64,000 nucleotides of DNA from Anthoceros angustus (taxonomy: Eukaryota > Plantae > Anthocerotophyta), in contig VJWM01000107.1 in assembly GCA_010909165.1 (NCBI GenBank), forward strand, positions 558,001 through 622,000. Direction: 5' to 3'. This document shows positions 11,215 to 26,240 of the stretch, in pieces. Within the stretch, counting starts at the first letter, position 1. Every line of letters starts with the position of its first letter. The notes below the pieces were generated by a model. It saw nothing but the letters and a program-made list of their open reading frames with translations. It did no database searches and was not told the origin of the DNA. A program made the position numbers and the translations under genes.

Positions 11215-12109
11215 ATCGGCGGTGATGTCGATCTCGTCGCGGCCGTCTACAACCACGGGCTGATTAATTTTTGTTGCTCATTTTTGAATTTGTTCGTGTT
11301 CCCAACAATCCTCCACTACATTTATGCGTAATGTAATTGTGAGCTTTTTTAGCTCCCAAAATCAAGAAAGGTTCTTAGTCTCACATTTCGTCGTTAAGTC
11401 TCACTTCCTGGTTTACACCATCCACGGATTTGGGCAATGTTATAGCGGTTTACTCTCAATTCCAGGCTTAGTTCAATTAGAATGCCAAACCGCTGAAGCT
11501 GTACTTCAATTGCCATTGCAGCTTAGACGGAAAGCCTCAGTCTAAGCATACTGAAAGTGTTGAGTAAGATCCTTAATAAATGCACGATCTAAATAGGGTA
11601 TTTCTCTCTGCAGTGTTTAATCTGTGGTCCACAATGATAATTAATCTGCTGTATTCCTCGAGACTCGGCCGAAAGTTCATCAGATTTCTGCTATTAGAAG
11701 GGTTGCATCAGACCACGTTAATAGTCCACAACATCGATCTCCTGTACTCCTCCTCGAGTGTACTGCCGAAGGAATCACCTCAGATTTCTGGTTACACAAG
11801 GATTGACTTTCTGCTCATTTGGCACTCCGTAACCGGCAAAGGTTTACAGCTTTCTTTCACGCAAGTACCACATTCCAATGCAATCTACATGTGTCGAAGA
11901 GCAATCAAGTACCACCTTGCTCAATTTGCAATCTCTGCAACTACAATTTTTCAGCGACTTCGGTTGGTGCAATTCCGAATCCAATCTATGCCTTCCTCTC
12001 TGATTGTTGAAACAAACTCCTATTTAGGAGTGGTTTCCATAAATATTACAACCCCTTAGGATGAAATCAGTGTCTACACCTATGTAATCAAGAGGCGAAT
12101 CGCCTGAGG

Positions 12110-15100
12110 TCAGTGTCTTCGACTTCTAGGCTGATAAGAAGCGTTATGGCTCCCTCCATGCAAAAGCTCCAGGACGGCATTCACAACTCCGCGTCCTTCA
12201 GTATGGATGTCAAACTTAGGGTCGTCAATCTTCATCCCCAGGAGGATATCCAACTCCTGGCGCAATTCCTGTGCATTTTCAAAGTAAGTCAAGGCTTAAA
12301 TCCTCGGCTGTCCGGAAGAACGAAACAAAGGAGCATGCAAGGCTCACCTGCACCAACTGAATAGTCTTTGGCGGAGCAGAGAACTGCAAGTAACCATCAA
12401 GCATCTGTACTCCTTGACCACCATTTGTTGGAACAAGGGCACCACCAAACATGAGTAGTGCATAATCTGAGAGAGTTGTCGAGTCCCTTAAATAGATTCC
12501 AGTCGTCTTCACTTTCTCACTGTAAACGAGCCAGGGCTGGCCGAAGTAATTTGTTCGAGCATTTACTGAGGATGGATGGCATTCCACCTTTCCGTCTTCC
12601 TTGGTATATAGTGCAACTCGTTTTCCTCTCTGCTTACACTGGACAACATTCGGAAAGAGGCCAGAGCAGAGTATGGCTTTAACCATATTTAAATCACTAC
12701 TGTATGTATTGTAAGTCTGCATCGTCAGAAGACCCTCGGTTAACAAAATTTACAGCACTGCTTTTGTTCAATTATGAAACCACGCCAGAATATACTGTGT
12801 GCAAGAACTCATCCCAATGCATACCTGAGGGCTGACTGACTTGTCAATAAAGCCAATGTCAGAGAGCAGATCCAGGAACTGCCATCTCATGTCATCAATC
12901 ATCTGCAGAGTTGGAGGTGACAAGTAGTTTTCCCAGCAAAAGCTCCTATCACTGGCTCTTAGTTTGGCTGCTTGCCAGCCATCGTAGGCCTTCAAAAGCG
13001 CAATGTGATCACTGCACAGGACACAGAATCAAGAAAAAGCACATCATCCACCCTGCTCACAGCTGTATGCATCAGCAAGAGGAGCACCAACAATGTATGC
13101 GACGGACAACTTATGTCTCAATACTTCTTCACACCTCTGTGTGCCGTCTGCAAAGTTCCACCTAGCTTCATCGGCTTCTTCCTTTCTTTCTATGGGAAGG
13201 ACAAAAGGATCGCGGTGTGCTAGAGCTGCAGCAATGGTCAATGCAGGTCCAAGGCATTGAAAAACTGCTCCCATCAGCAGCATTTTCCCGACCTTGGGGT
13301 CAACTGGCAGGGTAGCAAGATGTCGCCCTACAAAATCCACAAGTTAGAACAATTATCTCCAGAAATCATGCTGCACACACACAGTACTGCAGACAGACCT
13401 AATGGTGTGAGCTCTTCATGTCCATCCAATGCTCCTACCGTCTTCAACAGATCAATAGCATTTTGCACAGCAAGAGCTTCAGGAGGCTCCAGGGCTTTTG
13501 AAAGAAAAGTCCCAATACTCCCAAGCTGCAAACTTTTGATTTGCAAGCAAAGCTCCTGCAAAGGGGTCCGAAGAATTTCGGGCACTTGGTATCTCGGCAT
13601 TGCATCATATATTAGCTTAGGGTACAAGTGATAGCAGATTCCAGGTTGAACTCGACCAGCACGTCCTTTCCGCTGTACACAACAAAAGGAAGGGTCAGGT
13701 CACTCATTCCCAGCTTCTGGCAAACTGTACACAGTGACGGGTTATCAAAACCCTGTCACATGTGAAACAGGAAAGCACCAGTATGCAGAAATCACATGTT
13801 CCATAAACATCCACCTGATGAGCAGATGCTTTTGAGATCCATGAAGGCAACAGGCATGCCAGCTTGTTGAGAGCATCATAGCTGGTCTCCTTGGCTTTTC
13901 CACAGTCTATGACGTAAACAACGTCATCTATTGTTATACTTGTTTCAGCAATATTTGTGGCAAGCACAATTTTCCTGAGGAGTTCATAATCATTCAGAAC
14001 CAAGTGCAATCTTATTCTGTGCTATTTCAAAGAACATAATAACCGTGCATACCTTATTCCAATAGGTGGTCTTTGAAAAATTTCCCTTTGATTGATTGTA
14101 GGCATAGACCCATGCAAAGGCAAAATCGCAAATCTGCTTCCATTTCTCAACACTGGATTCAACTTGAGCTTTTCAAGTAACTTAGATATCTCGTCCCAGC
14201 CTGTTAAGAACACAAGTATCGCACCATCTCCTTCTTTCACGCAAATATGCTCAATAGCACCTTCTACCTGTTGACACCAAGTGGGGTTACTCTTAACAAC
14301 TTCAAACTTATCCCAGCCCTTTTTCCAAGGGACTGTTTCTCAAGTGCTGCCTAAAGTGAGACAAATTAAAGGTCATTAAGTCAAGATCGAGACATACCAA
14401 AGCTAAGTCAATCTGCTCAGCATTCCATGCCTGAAGGGACTGCTGAGTAGTTCTGCTGCAAGTACTGAAGTGCCTTCGTATGTCCACCTCCTGCAGTAGG
14501 AGGGATTAGGATCACACAGTCGTAACAGCTGATCGCTGAAGTTACCGAGTAGATCAAGGTAAAATGCTCACCTCCCAGGTCTCCACCAATGGGTCCTTTT
14601 TCTTCTCTAGCATCCTCCGCTTCCTTCCCCCGGAAAACCCATCACCAGGCCCACCTGTCTGATCACTAAGTGCATACTGCGAAGCTTCGAAAAAATCCTC
14701 CAAGAAGAACTCCTTCACTGGGAAGGTAAAACCCTGAAAAAATGACCAAAACCAACTGCTAGACCACAATACCAAAATAATCACAACGAAACCCCAGAAA
14801 AATGTCTTCTCCTCCATTCCTAGTAAACCATCTAGCCAAAATGTATGTCTTCAGACACTTACAGGAATATGCACCATGGGTGCATTGCTAAAATATCCAG
14901 AAAATAACTCAGCATTGATCGTAGCACTCATGAGGACAAGTCGAAGATCCGGACGGCGGGGCAGTAGATCGCGTAAAATGATGAGTAGAAAATCCTCATT
15001 CATGCCTCTCTCATGAATTTCATCCACCATCACATGGCTTACCCCGGTTAATTCCGGCTCCTGAACCTGAAAGTTTTGCAAGAAACAGGACAGAAGCATC

Positions 15101-17168
15101 ACATGACTGAAGTGCAACACTAACATTGAGAGATTTGCAATTAGTTATATAACTTATCACAGGGTAAATAGGGCTGCACCAGACGACGCAGGAGGACTCC
15201 AGTTGTACAAAAGAGCAAGCGGGTTTGTGCAGAGCGTTTGGTCTCCAGCCTAATCTGATACCCTACGCTTTGGCCCAAAGCCTCACCCCTCTCTGCAGCC
15301 ACACGCGCAGCTACAGATATAGCTGAGATTCTTCGGGGTTGTGTACAGATGATGTTGCAATCCATACCACGCCCAGCCTCTACCTCAGACTCCAAGATAA
15401 ATTGGGGGAGTTGAGTAGTCTTCCCACAACCAGTCTCTCCAGATACCACCAGAACCTGATTCCTTGGGATACAAGCACCACATTATGGATCTCCAAACCC
15501 TTTAACGTTTTCTTCATGACCACAAAATCACACCACAAAAGCTCACAGCAGAAATCTGTTCTTGTAGGTCAAGTGAGGCACCTGATTGCTAGCAACAGCG
15601 TGAAGCAGATGTTCTTTCAGTTTATATGAAGGCAACTTTCTTCTAAATTCCTCCATCGATCTTGCAGCAGAGCTTGCCTGCACAGAATGGGGTCAAAAAG
15701 ACAAGAAACACTGGAGAGCAACCTGTACTTGCAATGGGTCCACTAACCAGCTACAACACTCCAGAAACCGAAAAAGCTAACCAATTACCAGAAGTTGGCG
15801 TTGATGGTCCCTCAACTGTAAGTTTTGCTTTTGTTTATCCACCACTGAGGACCTTGCATTTAAACCAGCATCTGCATCTACATTCCTCGAAGGTGCTGCA
15901 TCTGAAACTTCCAAGGGCATGCTACTACTTGGTTTGGATGGGGCCCCATTAGTGCCCCTCAAAACAGCAAGCACATTCTCCACTCTACTTTCAGTATACG
16001 ATGACATGCTTATCTGCAGGAAGGAGCAATGAAAGCAGCCATAATCAGTTAGCCATATCCGGATGCCAGTAATTTGTAATCATGAAACAGCCGTAAGGGA
16101 TCAGAAACCATAGGAGCGTTATTCCAATGCCACAACTGACCTGTCGCTGCGAGGAACCGTGACGATCATCCAAGTCCGCACGATAATTTGGCAGCGGGAC
16201 CTTGCTGACTACAAGAACAGTGTTGATGCCTTTGTTGTATGCATGGCTTCCTTCCACACAAGCACCAAATGTGATGTGAGTACATCAGCCCCCCGTCAGC
16301 TGGAAAATTTTGCGGAAAGCGCTTAACAAATTGCAGAAACCAGGCGAGGAACTCCTGCACCGTGACATGCTCAGCCACCCCCTGAATAGCACACTTACAA
16401 GTGCAGACCAATTTGGGCTGCCATCTCTTCCAAAATCTGAGCTCCTTCCCTCCCAACGTTCTTCTTTATCACAATCTCTTGTTGAGTCTGGCCTGCCTTC
16501 AGCATTTCCAACTTGTCCCGCCATTCGTCTGGATCAAGGACCTCTTTCTTGGGTCCCTGGACAAATAAGCATTTCAAGTCTTTTAAAGTCGAAACCCCGT
16601 GTCATAGAATCACATCCATCAAAACATCCTCATCAATCATTTAAGGTTCAGCTCATAACCAAGCACAAGCACAAATCATTAAGCATGGCCGCCAGCTGAT
16701 ACAAAAGCTAAGGTCGGCAGGAAATTGTAACCATTGACAGTTGAAAATCTTGCTTCAGAAATTTAAAGTACATAAACGTTTGTCTCAGGCTCTCACGATC
16801 TGAATTTAAGGTCTCTAGGATGATGCAGAGTTCCAACCAAGAATCTCAACCCCCGACGATTTTCGACAGGAAAAACAAGATACCTTTTCTCTCATCTCCC
16901 TCAGCTTTTCTGCACGCCAGACGGGATCCGCCCATCGTTGGTCCCCTCCCCCACCGCCGCCCCTGCCCCTACCTCCACCTCCACCACCTCTGCCTCTACC
17001 GCCTTCTCCCCGACCCTGGCCTCGGCCCCGGCCGCTCTGCGAATTCGGCCCAAAAGGCATGACAGCAGCTCTCCAGTGATCCGCCGCGCAAGCAACAAAC
17101 AGTCGATGCGTTCTCCTGGCCAAAACGAAAGCGCATGGGATCGGCCGAATACACCCGCGTACAAACAT
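12110..17168 (-). CDS. DExH1: DExH-box ATP-dependent RNA helicase, DExH1 type (multi-exon, apparently intact)
   Basis: MPFGPNSQ + RGG tract + [11 protein letters not shown]; [49 protein letters not shown]2 and OB-fold regions; exons join in frame. Confidence 0.95.
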
Positions 17169-18885
17169 TTACATCGTCAGAAAACGAGTAGGAACACTTA
17201 CTTGTGCAGGGCTCACACAGACGTTTGACACAGGTAACTTAAGGGTTATTGACGGTTGAATAGCGCGGGGCCTGGGAGCTTAGATGCCACTGAACTACGC
17301 AACTTAGTTCCTTAGTTCCGCATCGAGGACATTGAGGACTTGTAGGTAGGACTCTGCTTGTTTATGAGGTACCTCAAAGTTTTTTACTCTATATAAGGTT
17401 TTATAATTAAATTTATTTTAAAAATATCTAAGTAAGTAGAGCACAAGGACAAGAAGAAAAAAATTGACGTCCATTGGATAGATGACCATCATGGGATTGA
17501 AATATGAGAAGTAAATAGATTGTCATAGATTGTGATAAAAATATTTAGACTAGTCTAGAGCTAGAACTCAAACAAGAGAAACCATCAACCAATTAACCAA
17601 CAATATCAATAAAATTGCATTATCCAGAAACAGATATCCTGCCTAGGGTCAGATCAGCTCATAAAAGCTATCTGATCTTTTAGCTACTTATTCAAGCTAT
17701 CTATTCTTTTAGCTGCTCACTCTTTGCTTGTCTTCAAATTTACCTTTGCCTTAGTCCAAGGGTGTGTAGGAATCTGGTAACATTGTTGGATCAACCTTAG
17801 AAACCCATAAGGTCTAAACCCAATGCTTTGGCAAAGGACCTTGATAAATTTCTCAAGCATCGAAGGCTAAAAACTCATGGGCTCCATTCTAGATCTAAGA
17901 ACCCTCTAGGTCCATTCTAAATCCAATGCTTTGGCAGTAGACTTAGATAAATCTATCAATCTACACACAAATACATCATTCATGCAGGCACAAGCACAAG
18001 CGCGAAGTAAACCTTTCTGATTAAATTCATATTTTTAAATTTTTAAATAAAATAATTTTTCAATAATTTAAAATACATGAATTTTTAGAAAGCTTGACCT
18101 AGTCCCTTTGAAAAATTAGGGACTTCACGGCTAAAATTTTCTTTTTCATATAAAAATTTTTAGGGATAAATACTTATACAATTATTGTTCAAACAGGTAA
18201 ATTCTCACTTGGATACCCCATTATCCAGAACCAATCACACTAAAATGAAAAATGGAGTATGTCATTCCATCAAAGCTTATTATCAAACCAGCAATATTAT
18301 GGGCACTGTAAAATTGAATTTAGTCGCACTCTTCCATCCCTGGGAGTTCCCACATGGGGTGGATAGATTAGGTATATCTATTATGTCTTTATATATAATA
18401 AAGCGTCATCAATATTTAAGTACCTCGTAACCTAGTTATTAGTATGTACCTAGGTATTCGTCCACTACAAAAAAAAGTACGTACCTACCTATTATTAGTA
18501 GCGTAGGGTATTTTCAAATCGTGGTCCGTACGTTTATGGTAACCGAGGCAAGTTTTCAAGCCCTAGAAGGAACTCCACTATTAATGGTCTGTTATCACCT
18601 AGTCTTTTTGCTCACGCCCCCTCAGTTGTCTGCCTTCCGCCTGTCTGCCTTCTGCTCTCGGGCGCGCAACTCTGCCGGTATGTCGAATTGCTGAGAGTTT
18701 GGTGGTTGCTTGCAGAGAATTGCATGCCGTGATGTCGCCGTAGCATGAATTGGTGCTAGGCTTGTGTCGCGTTGTCCTTTGAAAGGGTTTCGTGCTCTCT
18801 ACGGCTTCTGTTGTGCAGGTGGAACTGGGCTTTCGGCGGGGCTCCTGATTTGATTTCTAGCGTGGGCGAGCAGCACGAGAGAGCC

Positions 18886-19733
<848 letters not shown>

Positions 19734-22608
19734 CCAGCGCAGGTTTAATACTACTTGTACAGAGAATGGTTTGGGTGGGGCATAGCTTGATCACGTAGAT
19801 TCTGTGTGGACTCCTCGTGGTGCCAGGTTACGTTTCATTGTTTTGTAGATATGTGTGCACCAAGTGACATCCTTGTTTCCTTTATCTGGCCTCTAGACTG
19901 ATATACAATGGGGCAGCCGTATGAGGGGTTCACGGTTTCTTCAGGTATAAGACGGATGGCTGCAGGTGGCGGGGATAGAGTTCTATGCAGGTGGGGCGTA
20001 AACTAGGTGTTTATTAGATGGGCTAGTTAGGGTTAGAGAATAGTTGCCTTCTCTTCGGCAAACTCTTCGGAGTCTGTCTTGCACTAAATAAATGCAGCCT
20101 GTGGGAAGCTAAGATTGGGGGGAGTTGATTTCTGGAAAGTAGTAGTGGTATCATAAGCACGGATGTACAGATCAAAGCCACCATGATAGCGTCGTCAATT
20201 GTACAAACTGTATGCCCTGCACCCTGCTTCAACTCTGCAATTCATGCATGGTCGATTGTACAGGCTGTGTGCCCTTGAACCCTGTTAACTCTGCAATTTA
20301 TGTCTTACTTTGATTAGGCTCTTTCAGCCGTTTTGACGCTGGCTGTCAATCCTTGCTTCATTCTTGTAACTTGAAAGCCGATGAACTTTCTGGTCCATTC
20401 GTTATCTTTCTCACTGCCATTCGTTATCTTGCTCACTTTGAAGTGCTCCCGAGCACAAGGCGCCATCGATGCGAACCTCGATTAAAGCCAGAGGACGGCA
20501 CTTTAGAGTAGCGCTCACGATAGCGAGTACGACCAGGCTTCCACGCTATGTATCTGGGGGTCGCAACTTGTCACCCATGCGAAACCGAACTGCTGTAACA
20601 GCTACTGAACACGTGGCATGGTTCTCGATCACATAACAGCATGCTTTCTTCATCGGTTTTGTAAAGAGGCTGAGGCTGAGGTGAAGATAGGCACGTAACC
20701 TGAGTCTTTAAAAGGTTTGTCCAGACTCTTCTAAATGTGGTCTACATCAATCAGGATGAAAGCCTAAATTAATGAGGATGCGATGCCGCTCTCGGACAAA
20801 GGATAGGTCTAAGCTGTAGAAAGAAGGTTATGAACCGTGACAGAGGTAGCAGTCTTTGATTCTTAGAGCTGGGAATCTGCTTCTTGGATGGAACGCCCGC
20901 ATTACCTACGATGCCCGTAAATCTCGTAGAAATTCACATCAAGCGAGTCTGCGAGTGATCTAAGGCGAGGATGCTGTCTTTGAATGAGTAAAGATTATCT
21001 CCCTTTGGCAAGCGGAACTGCTGTCGAAAAAAGACGAGCGAAGAAAGTAGCGTCGGACAAACCTTCCAGTCCTAGTCTGACGCTCAACAGAGTGACCAAG
21101 TGGTGAACGAGAAGGATGCTGCCAGATGTGAAGACCTCAGCATGGCAGATTGGCTCGGGAACACTTGCCATGAGATGGAAACGAACAGGCACTGTTGCCT
21201 TGGCGCTCCGTTTGCGCTAGTCCTCGTTCAAGATTACGTACTAGGGATTCGGAAACTTGTATTTCTGATCATCTAGCCCTTCCCATTACCGGTACCGTGG
21301 GGACTGGAGGTATGGATGTGTTGCAGTAGTGTGAAGTGCTGCAGAGAGCTCTTGTTTCTGTCTCTGCTCCAAGCCCCTTGGACGAGATTCTCGTGAGTAG
21401 TCTTGAATAATCAGCTTAGTATCAAGGGCCTAAGCTATAACAAAGGTATGATATGCACGTTTCAAACCTAAACCTGGCCTTGGCCCAGTTCGAAGTAACT
21501 GCTCCGTGGATGCAGATTTCGTTCTGTGCTGATGCGGATCGCTGCTGTATGTGGGATTGAAGACGGTATCCAGAGTGTGCTTAGCTCTGTTCTAGCGAAG
21601 TACTAGTTGACGGCAAACTACTTTGGTCTTTGCAACCATTACAAACAAATTGGAGGCACTTCAAATCTGAGTTCCTTGAACCTTGAACAGGACTGCTATG
21701 TATGTATGAGGCATACACTGGCAGGGATTTAAGACAGGAGAAATTGGTTATCTCCGTGCACAAGTGAAGCAAGTAACGCTGGTACATGTGCAGTTGTCGT
21801 GCACGTTGAATTAAGAGCAAATCGAGCAGGTATCATACCATCACTTGCAGTTACAGTGGCAACTGGTGCATGCATGCATTTGTTGCTTCTTCAGTCCGTG
21901 TTCTAAATTACAAGGAGTCCTCTGACTTGCCGGCTGTCCAAATAGTCCTTGAAGTGTCTTCTCGGGCCCTGACCTCTCCAGGCTCTCCCCACAAACGAAC
22001 GCATTCATACAAATTTGAAGCCAACCCTTGGGCCGCCGCTCGCTGCAACCCTTCCCAGCCAATGCTAGACTCGATCCATCGATCAATCATTTACGTGAAA
22101 ACCTAATTACAAATCCCGCCAGAGGCCGGCAGCGATAATGGACTACCGATCTAGAATAGGCCAGAAACTGCTGCATCCGATTCCACCGTTTGGTGTACAT
22201 TGATCGTTTGAAATGGTTATCCCTCATCCCACATACAAGAAGCACCGGTCCCCTTGTATCGGTGTGAGAAGTTGCTCAGATCTGCGCTCTCGCGTGGGAT
22301 TTTCCACCATATCCGCCGCGGTAACTGCTTGTTTGCAGCGAGCTTGCAGCTGGTTACTCTGCCTGTGGCATGGATTCAATTTGAGGTTCTGCGTGTGGAT
22401 CTGTGCAATGTTTTGAAAGGATCAAAGCTTAAGAGCAGATTGAAGAGCGGTAGTCCTGGCGGCGCTGCAGTCTATCAGGTTGTTCAGTGAGAAGCAAGTC
22501 GCGGCTGGCATCTGGAGCCTCTTCTTCTGGACGGGCATTTGAATCTGAGTTTCGGAGTTGCTGCACAGTGCTCCCTGCAGGCAGCTGACATTCAGCAGGC
22601 CTTGAGCA

Positions 22609-23190
22609 ATGGCAGTGCCAACACGGCCATGGATGGTTATCCTGATTGTGGTTGTGGTGGACTTGATTGCATTTGGACTTGCGATAGCTGGCGAAGCGAA
22701 CAGAAGCAAGGCTTCATTGGCCGAAGATACGACTCATGATCAGCCGGATGCACATATTATGTATTGCGAATACAACGGCAATAAGGCGTCGGGCTTCGGA
22801 GCTGGAGCGATGATTTTCCTTCTTTTAGGCCATCTTGCGGTCATGGCTGTGACGAAATGCCTTTTCTATGGGGGTCCCTACTCAGGCGATTTGCTTCACA
22901 TGATCTATAAAGCGCTCGCCTATTATTTCTTCATCATCGTGTGGCTTTTGTTTCTTCTTTCCGAGGTATTGTTGGTTGTCGCCTCAGCCAGGAACGCTGC
23001 GCATACTAAGGGATCATTCCAGTTTGGAACTGTGCATTGTAAGGAGTTGAGGAAAGGAATTTTCAGTGCCGGAGCTGCTTTCTCATTCTTCACAATGGTT
23101 AGCAGTGTGACGTACTACACTCTCATCTTATGGGCCTCCGAGCTTCAGATTCCACAGGACAGTCACCACGGATCCAACGGTGTTGCCTAA
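22609..23190 (+). CDS. DUF1218 family membrane protein, single exon
   Basis: DLIAFGLAIAGE.NRS, YCEY...ASGFGAGA.IFLL, C.ELRKGIFSAGAAF motifs and four hydrophobic segments. Confidence 0.88.
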   Translation: MAVPTRPWMVILIVVVVDLIAFGLAIAGEANRSKASLAEDTTHDQPDAHIMYCEYNGNKASGFGAGAMIFLLLGHLAVMAVTKCLFYGGPYSGDLLHMIYKALAYYFFIIVWLLFLLSEVLLVVASARNAAHTKGSFQFGTVHCKELRKGIFSAGAAFSFFTMVSSVTYYTLILWASELQIPQDSHHGSNGVA

Positions 23191-24359
23191 CAAGCAGTGC
23201 AGATCACTTGCCGGATTCGCCTCCTTTGCAATTGATATAAGTAAATGTTTCATGTGGACGTACTTTGGTGACCACATTTTGGTGGTACAACAGGCGAAAT
23301 AAGCAGGGAGTCCGTCCGCCCGACTTCCAGTTGTTGGGGGGTCCACTGGTTTCAAGAATAACGTCTGCAAGCTGGCTCGGGTTGATGTGCAGCTGGTTGC
23401 TCTAGACATGAGATGGTTCGTCCTGCCTCCAATTCCGTTTGGAAGTTGCTGGGATGATTTTGAGTCTCGGGCTGTAGGATACGAAAGGGGTGTTACTACT
23501 GAAACTCTGAGCAATTGCTATGTTAGGTTATGCTATGAGGGCCATCTCACTCCCATATCTTTGCATGCAGACACAGCTCGGTAGTTAGTTTTGAACAGCA
23601 CGCTTTTCTCAGTTTAGACAATTCCCATAAAGCCGTACACCAGTTCATGGAAAATGGCAAACCAACCTTAGGCACTTGAAAAATGGCAGATCAGGCTAGC
23701 GCAGCAGGGAAGGATTTAAGGTCTGTGAGGTTGGTTCATCCCTGACGGCATGAGGGCGTTCCTATCAATTCAAGGCCATTAGGCTGGTTTCGCATGCTTC
23801 GTGCTCCACAAACGATGACGACTCGGACAGTCTCTTAAAATGTGAAACGCCAAGCACTCCCGGACATGGGCTCGGCCGGCGGGTACCACTCCCCGCCGTC
23901 ATGAGTGGAGCGGTGTCATTGGAAAGCTAAAGTGGAAAGGTGGCTGCATTTTAACGATCTTGCAATCAAAAACTTTTTAAAGAAAAAGAAAGAAAAGGTT
24001 CACTCCCACACGCGCCCTCTATACCCCGCCCCATGCCCGACGGCGGAGTAGTCCCAGCGCGCGCGCCGGCGGGCCCTTCCACCACGTTGCGGCCAGATAC
24101 CGGGCCATTTGCGTCTAGGCGTACATATTTTAAAGTATGCATCGAAGTCCCGCCCTGGAATTTGGAATTTGATATGGAGCTTCATTGTAGAGTACCTGGC
24201 CCGATTGCGGACGGGTAAAGTACCTAGCCCGATTCCGGTGACATCTGGAGCACTTTGCTTGAATTGCGACTTTGCAGATGACCATATCTAACTCAAAATC
24301 GTTATAAAAACCCCCTCCCGTGGACGCTTGTACAACGTAAGCTTGATGCAAGTGAGCCA

Positions 24360-24514
24360 TGGCTGCGATGTCAGGTGCGGGTGTTGCTGTGTTGGGCGGT
24401 GCGGATGTTGCTGTGATGGCAGGCACGGGTGTTGCTGCGATGGCAGGCACGGGTGTTGCTGCGATGGCAGGCGCCAGTGTCAATGCGATGGTGGGCACAG
24501 GTGTTGGAGCAATG
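24360..24514. repeat. 24-bp minisatellite (GGGTGTTGCTGCGATGGCAGGCAC), about 3 good and 3 degenerate copies
   Basis: Directly visible; reads PVPAIAAT repeats on the minus strand. Confidence 0.85.
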
Positions 24515-24959
24515 CCGGACGCAAAGGCTAGGCGGAGACCATTTATGGCTCAGGCAGCTTACTGGGCAAGTGTCCGGGAAGACCTACGTAGTCGTTTGGC
24601 GGTGATGTGGCAACCGCAAATGTGGTAGGCGCAACTGATGCCGAAAAGGCTACCCTCGGCCAGCGAGGAGTCAGTGATCACGGACGTCAGTGGCCCACCA
24701 AAAGATGAGGTTGAGGATACACAATCCATGAAGTCAAGCTAGTCTCCAATAAGGAATCAAGAAACGGGCAAAGCTAGAGGAGTATGATGGAAGTTCGTTA
24801 TTTTCGCAGCCCAGGTTTGTTCTTGCGTGTTTAGGCCTAGTGTGTGTTGGAAGGAAGGCTCTCTGTGTACATGCGGGAGGATCTATTGTTTCACTGATGA
24901 AAAACATCAAAATTGTCCAACATTCTATAAAGTATCCCAATTGGTGTTATTTCAAGTCT

Positions 24960-25540
24960 CTCCATTGTTCGGAAGTCTAGCCACCTACAGTTCAGCGTTT
25001 GCTTTGTGCCTCTAGGGCTTCCTCCAGTGTGGCCTGCATTGTAGGGCTTACCCAATACTTGGGCTCCTCGTTCTTGTTGTGGGGATCCATCTTGTCATGT
25101 TCCAGCATCTCTCTCGACTTTGGCCTGCAACACGAAGTCTGCCCGCAGCAGGACAGTTTGCCCAAGCTTCTCCTTGTTCAGAAGCTGGTATAGCCCGGGC
25201 CCTACTTCCACATAATAATTACCTTCAACAACCTCGCCTGCGACCAGCGACCCTTCCAAAATTTGTCTTCATCGCCTGCGTCACAGACACCTTGACACAC
25301 ACGAGGAGGTAGAATTTAACGCCTTCTGCATTGCCCGCTCCGTACGCATATAGTTATCTCCAGGGCTCAAGCCAGCGAGACAAGTGACTAGTCTTCGGTC
25401 TTGATGAAATGCTTCGGCTTGGTCGTCTTTGGAGCCTTACGCTTCATGCCTCTACTCCCAAAGCGGGTCCGCATCCTCACAATAGCCTCACTATTATCCT
25501 ACTGCACCAAATCTGTGCCCACCCCATTCACATTTCTTGC
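24960..25540 (-). pseudogene. Degenerate coding remnant, possibly derived from a DNA-transposon protein
   Basis: Stitching frames gives ..PGDNY..NAEGVKFYLLVC..GEVVEGNYYVEVG..YQLLNK..VLLRADFVLQAK..EPKYWVSP, which is protein-like but has several frameshifts. The family assignment is inference. Confidence 0.4.
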
Positions 25541-25559
25541 CTCAAACAATGTAGGCGAC

Positions 25560-26240
25560 TCCTCCCTCAGCCTTCTTCACCTCACATGTGTCCTTGTCCA
25601 CTTGAGGTGCATCCTTCTTCGCCTCATGAGATGTGTCCTCATTCTCCACCTCATGTGTGTCCTTGTCCACCTCAAGTGTGGCCTTCTCAACCTCAATTGT
25701 GTCATTCTCCACCTCATGTGTGGCCTTTTCCTGCTCAGGTGTGGCCTTCTCTACCTCAGGCCACTCCCTGTCCACCTCAAGTGTGTCCTTGTCCACCTCA
25801 AGTGTGTCCTTGTCCACCTCAAGTGTGTCCTTGTCCACCTCAAGTAGTGTGTCCTTGTCCACCTCAAGTGTGTCCTTGTCCACCTCAAGTGTGTCCTTGT
25901 CCACCTCAAGTGTGTCCTTGTCCACCTCAAGTGTGTCCTTGTCCACCTCAAGTGTGTCCTTGTCCACCTCAAGTGTGGCCTTCTCAACCTAAGCTATGTC
26001 ATTCTCCACTCATGTGTGGCCTTTTTCTGCTCATGGTGTGGCCTTCTCTACTTGAGGCCGCTCCCTGTCCACCTCAAGTGTGTCCTGGTCCACCTCAAGT
26101 GTGGCCTTTTCCTGCTCAGGTATGGCCTTCTCCACCTTAGGCTGCTCATTCTCCACTTTAGGCCGCTCATTCTCCACCTTAGGCCGCTCATTCTCCACCT
26201 GAGGTCGGTCCTTCTCCACCTCAGGCTGGTCATTCTCCAC
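25560..26240. repeat. 21-bp minisatellite (CCACCTCAAGTGTGTCCTTGT): 9 near-perfect units at about 25770-25970 within a longer degenerate array
   Basis: Directly visible; one unit has a 3-bp insertion; the minus strand reads EVDKDTL heptads. Confidence 0.95.

Noticed and set aside
11580-12059. 159-aa ORF between ICL and DExH1
   Set aside because: Non-ATG start, no motif, lies between convergent 3' ends; no support on either strand.
18463-18476. CACTACAAAAAAAA resembling a CACTA terminal repeat
   Set aside because: No matching inverted end or transposase found in the window.
25409-26140. 243-aa PPQVCPC protein resembling a metallothionein or cornifin-like protein
   Set aside because: By-product of a stop-free 21-bp repeat; the degenerate flanks fit the minus-strand heptad frame better.
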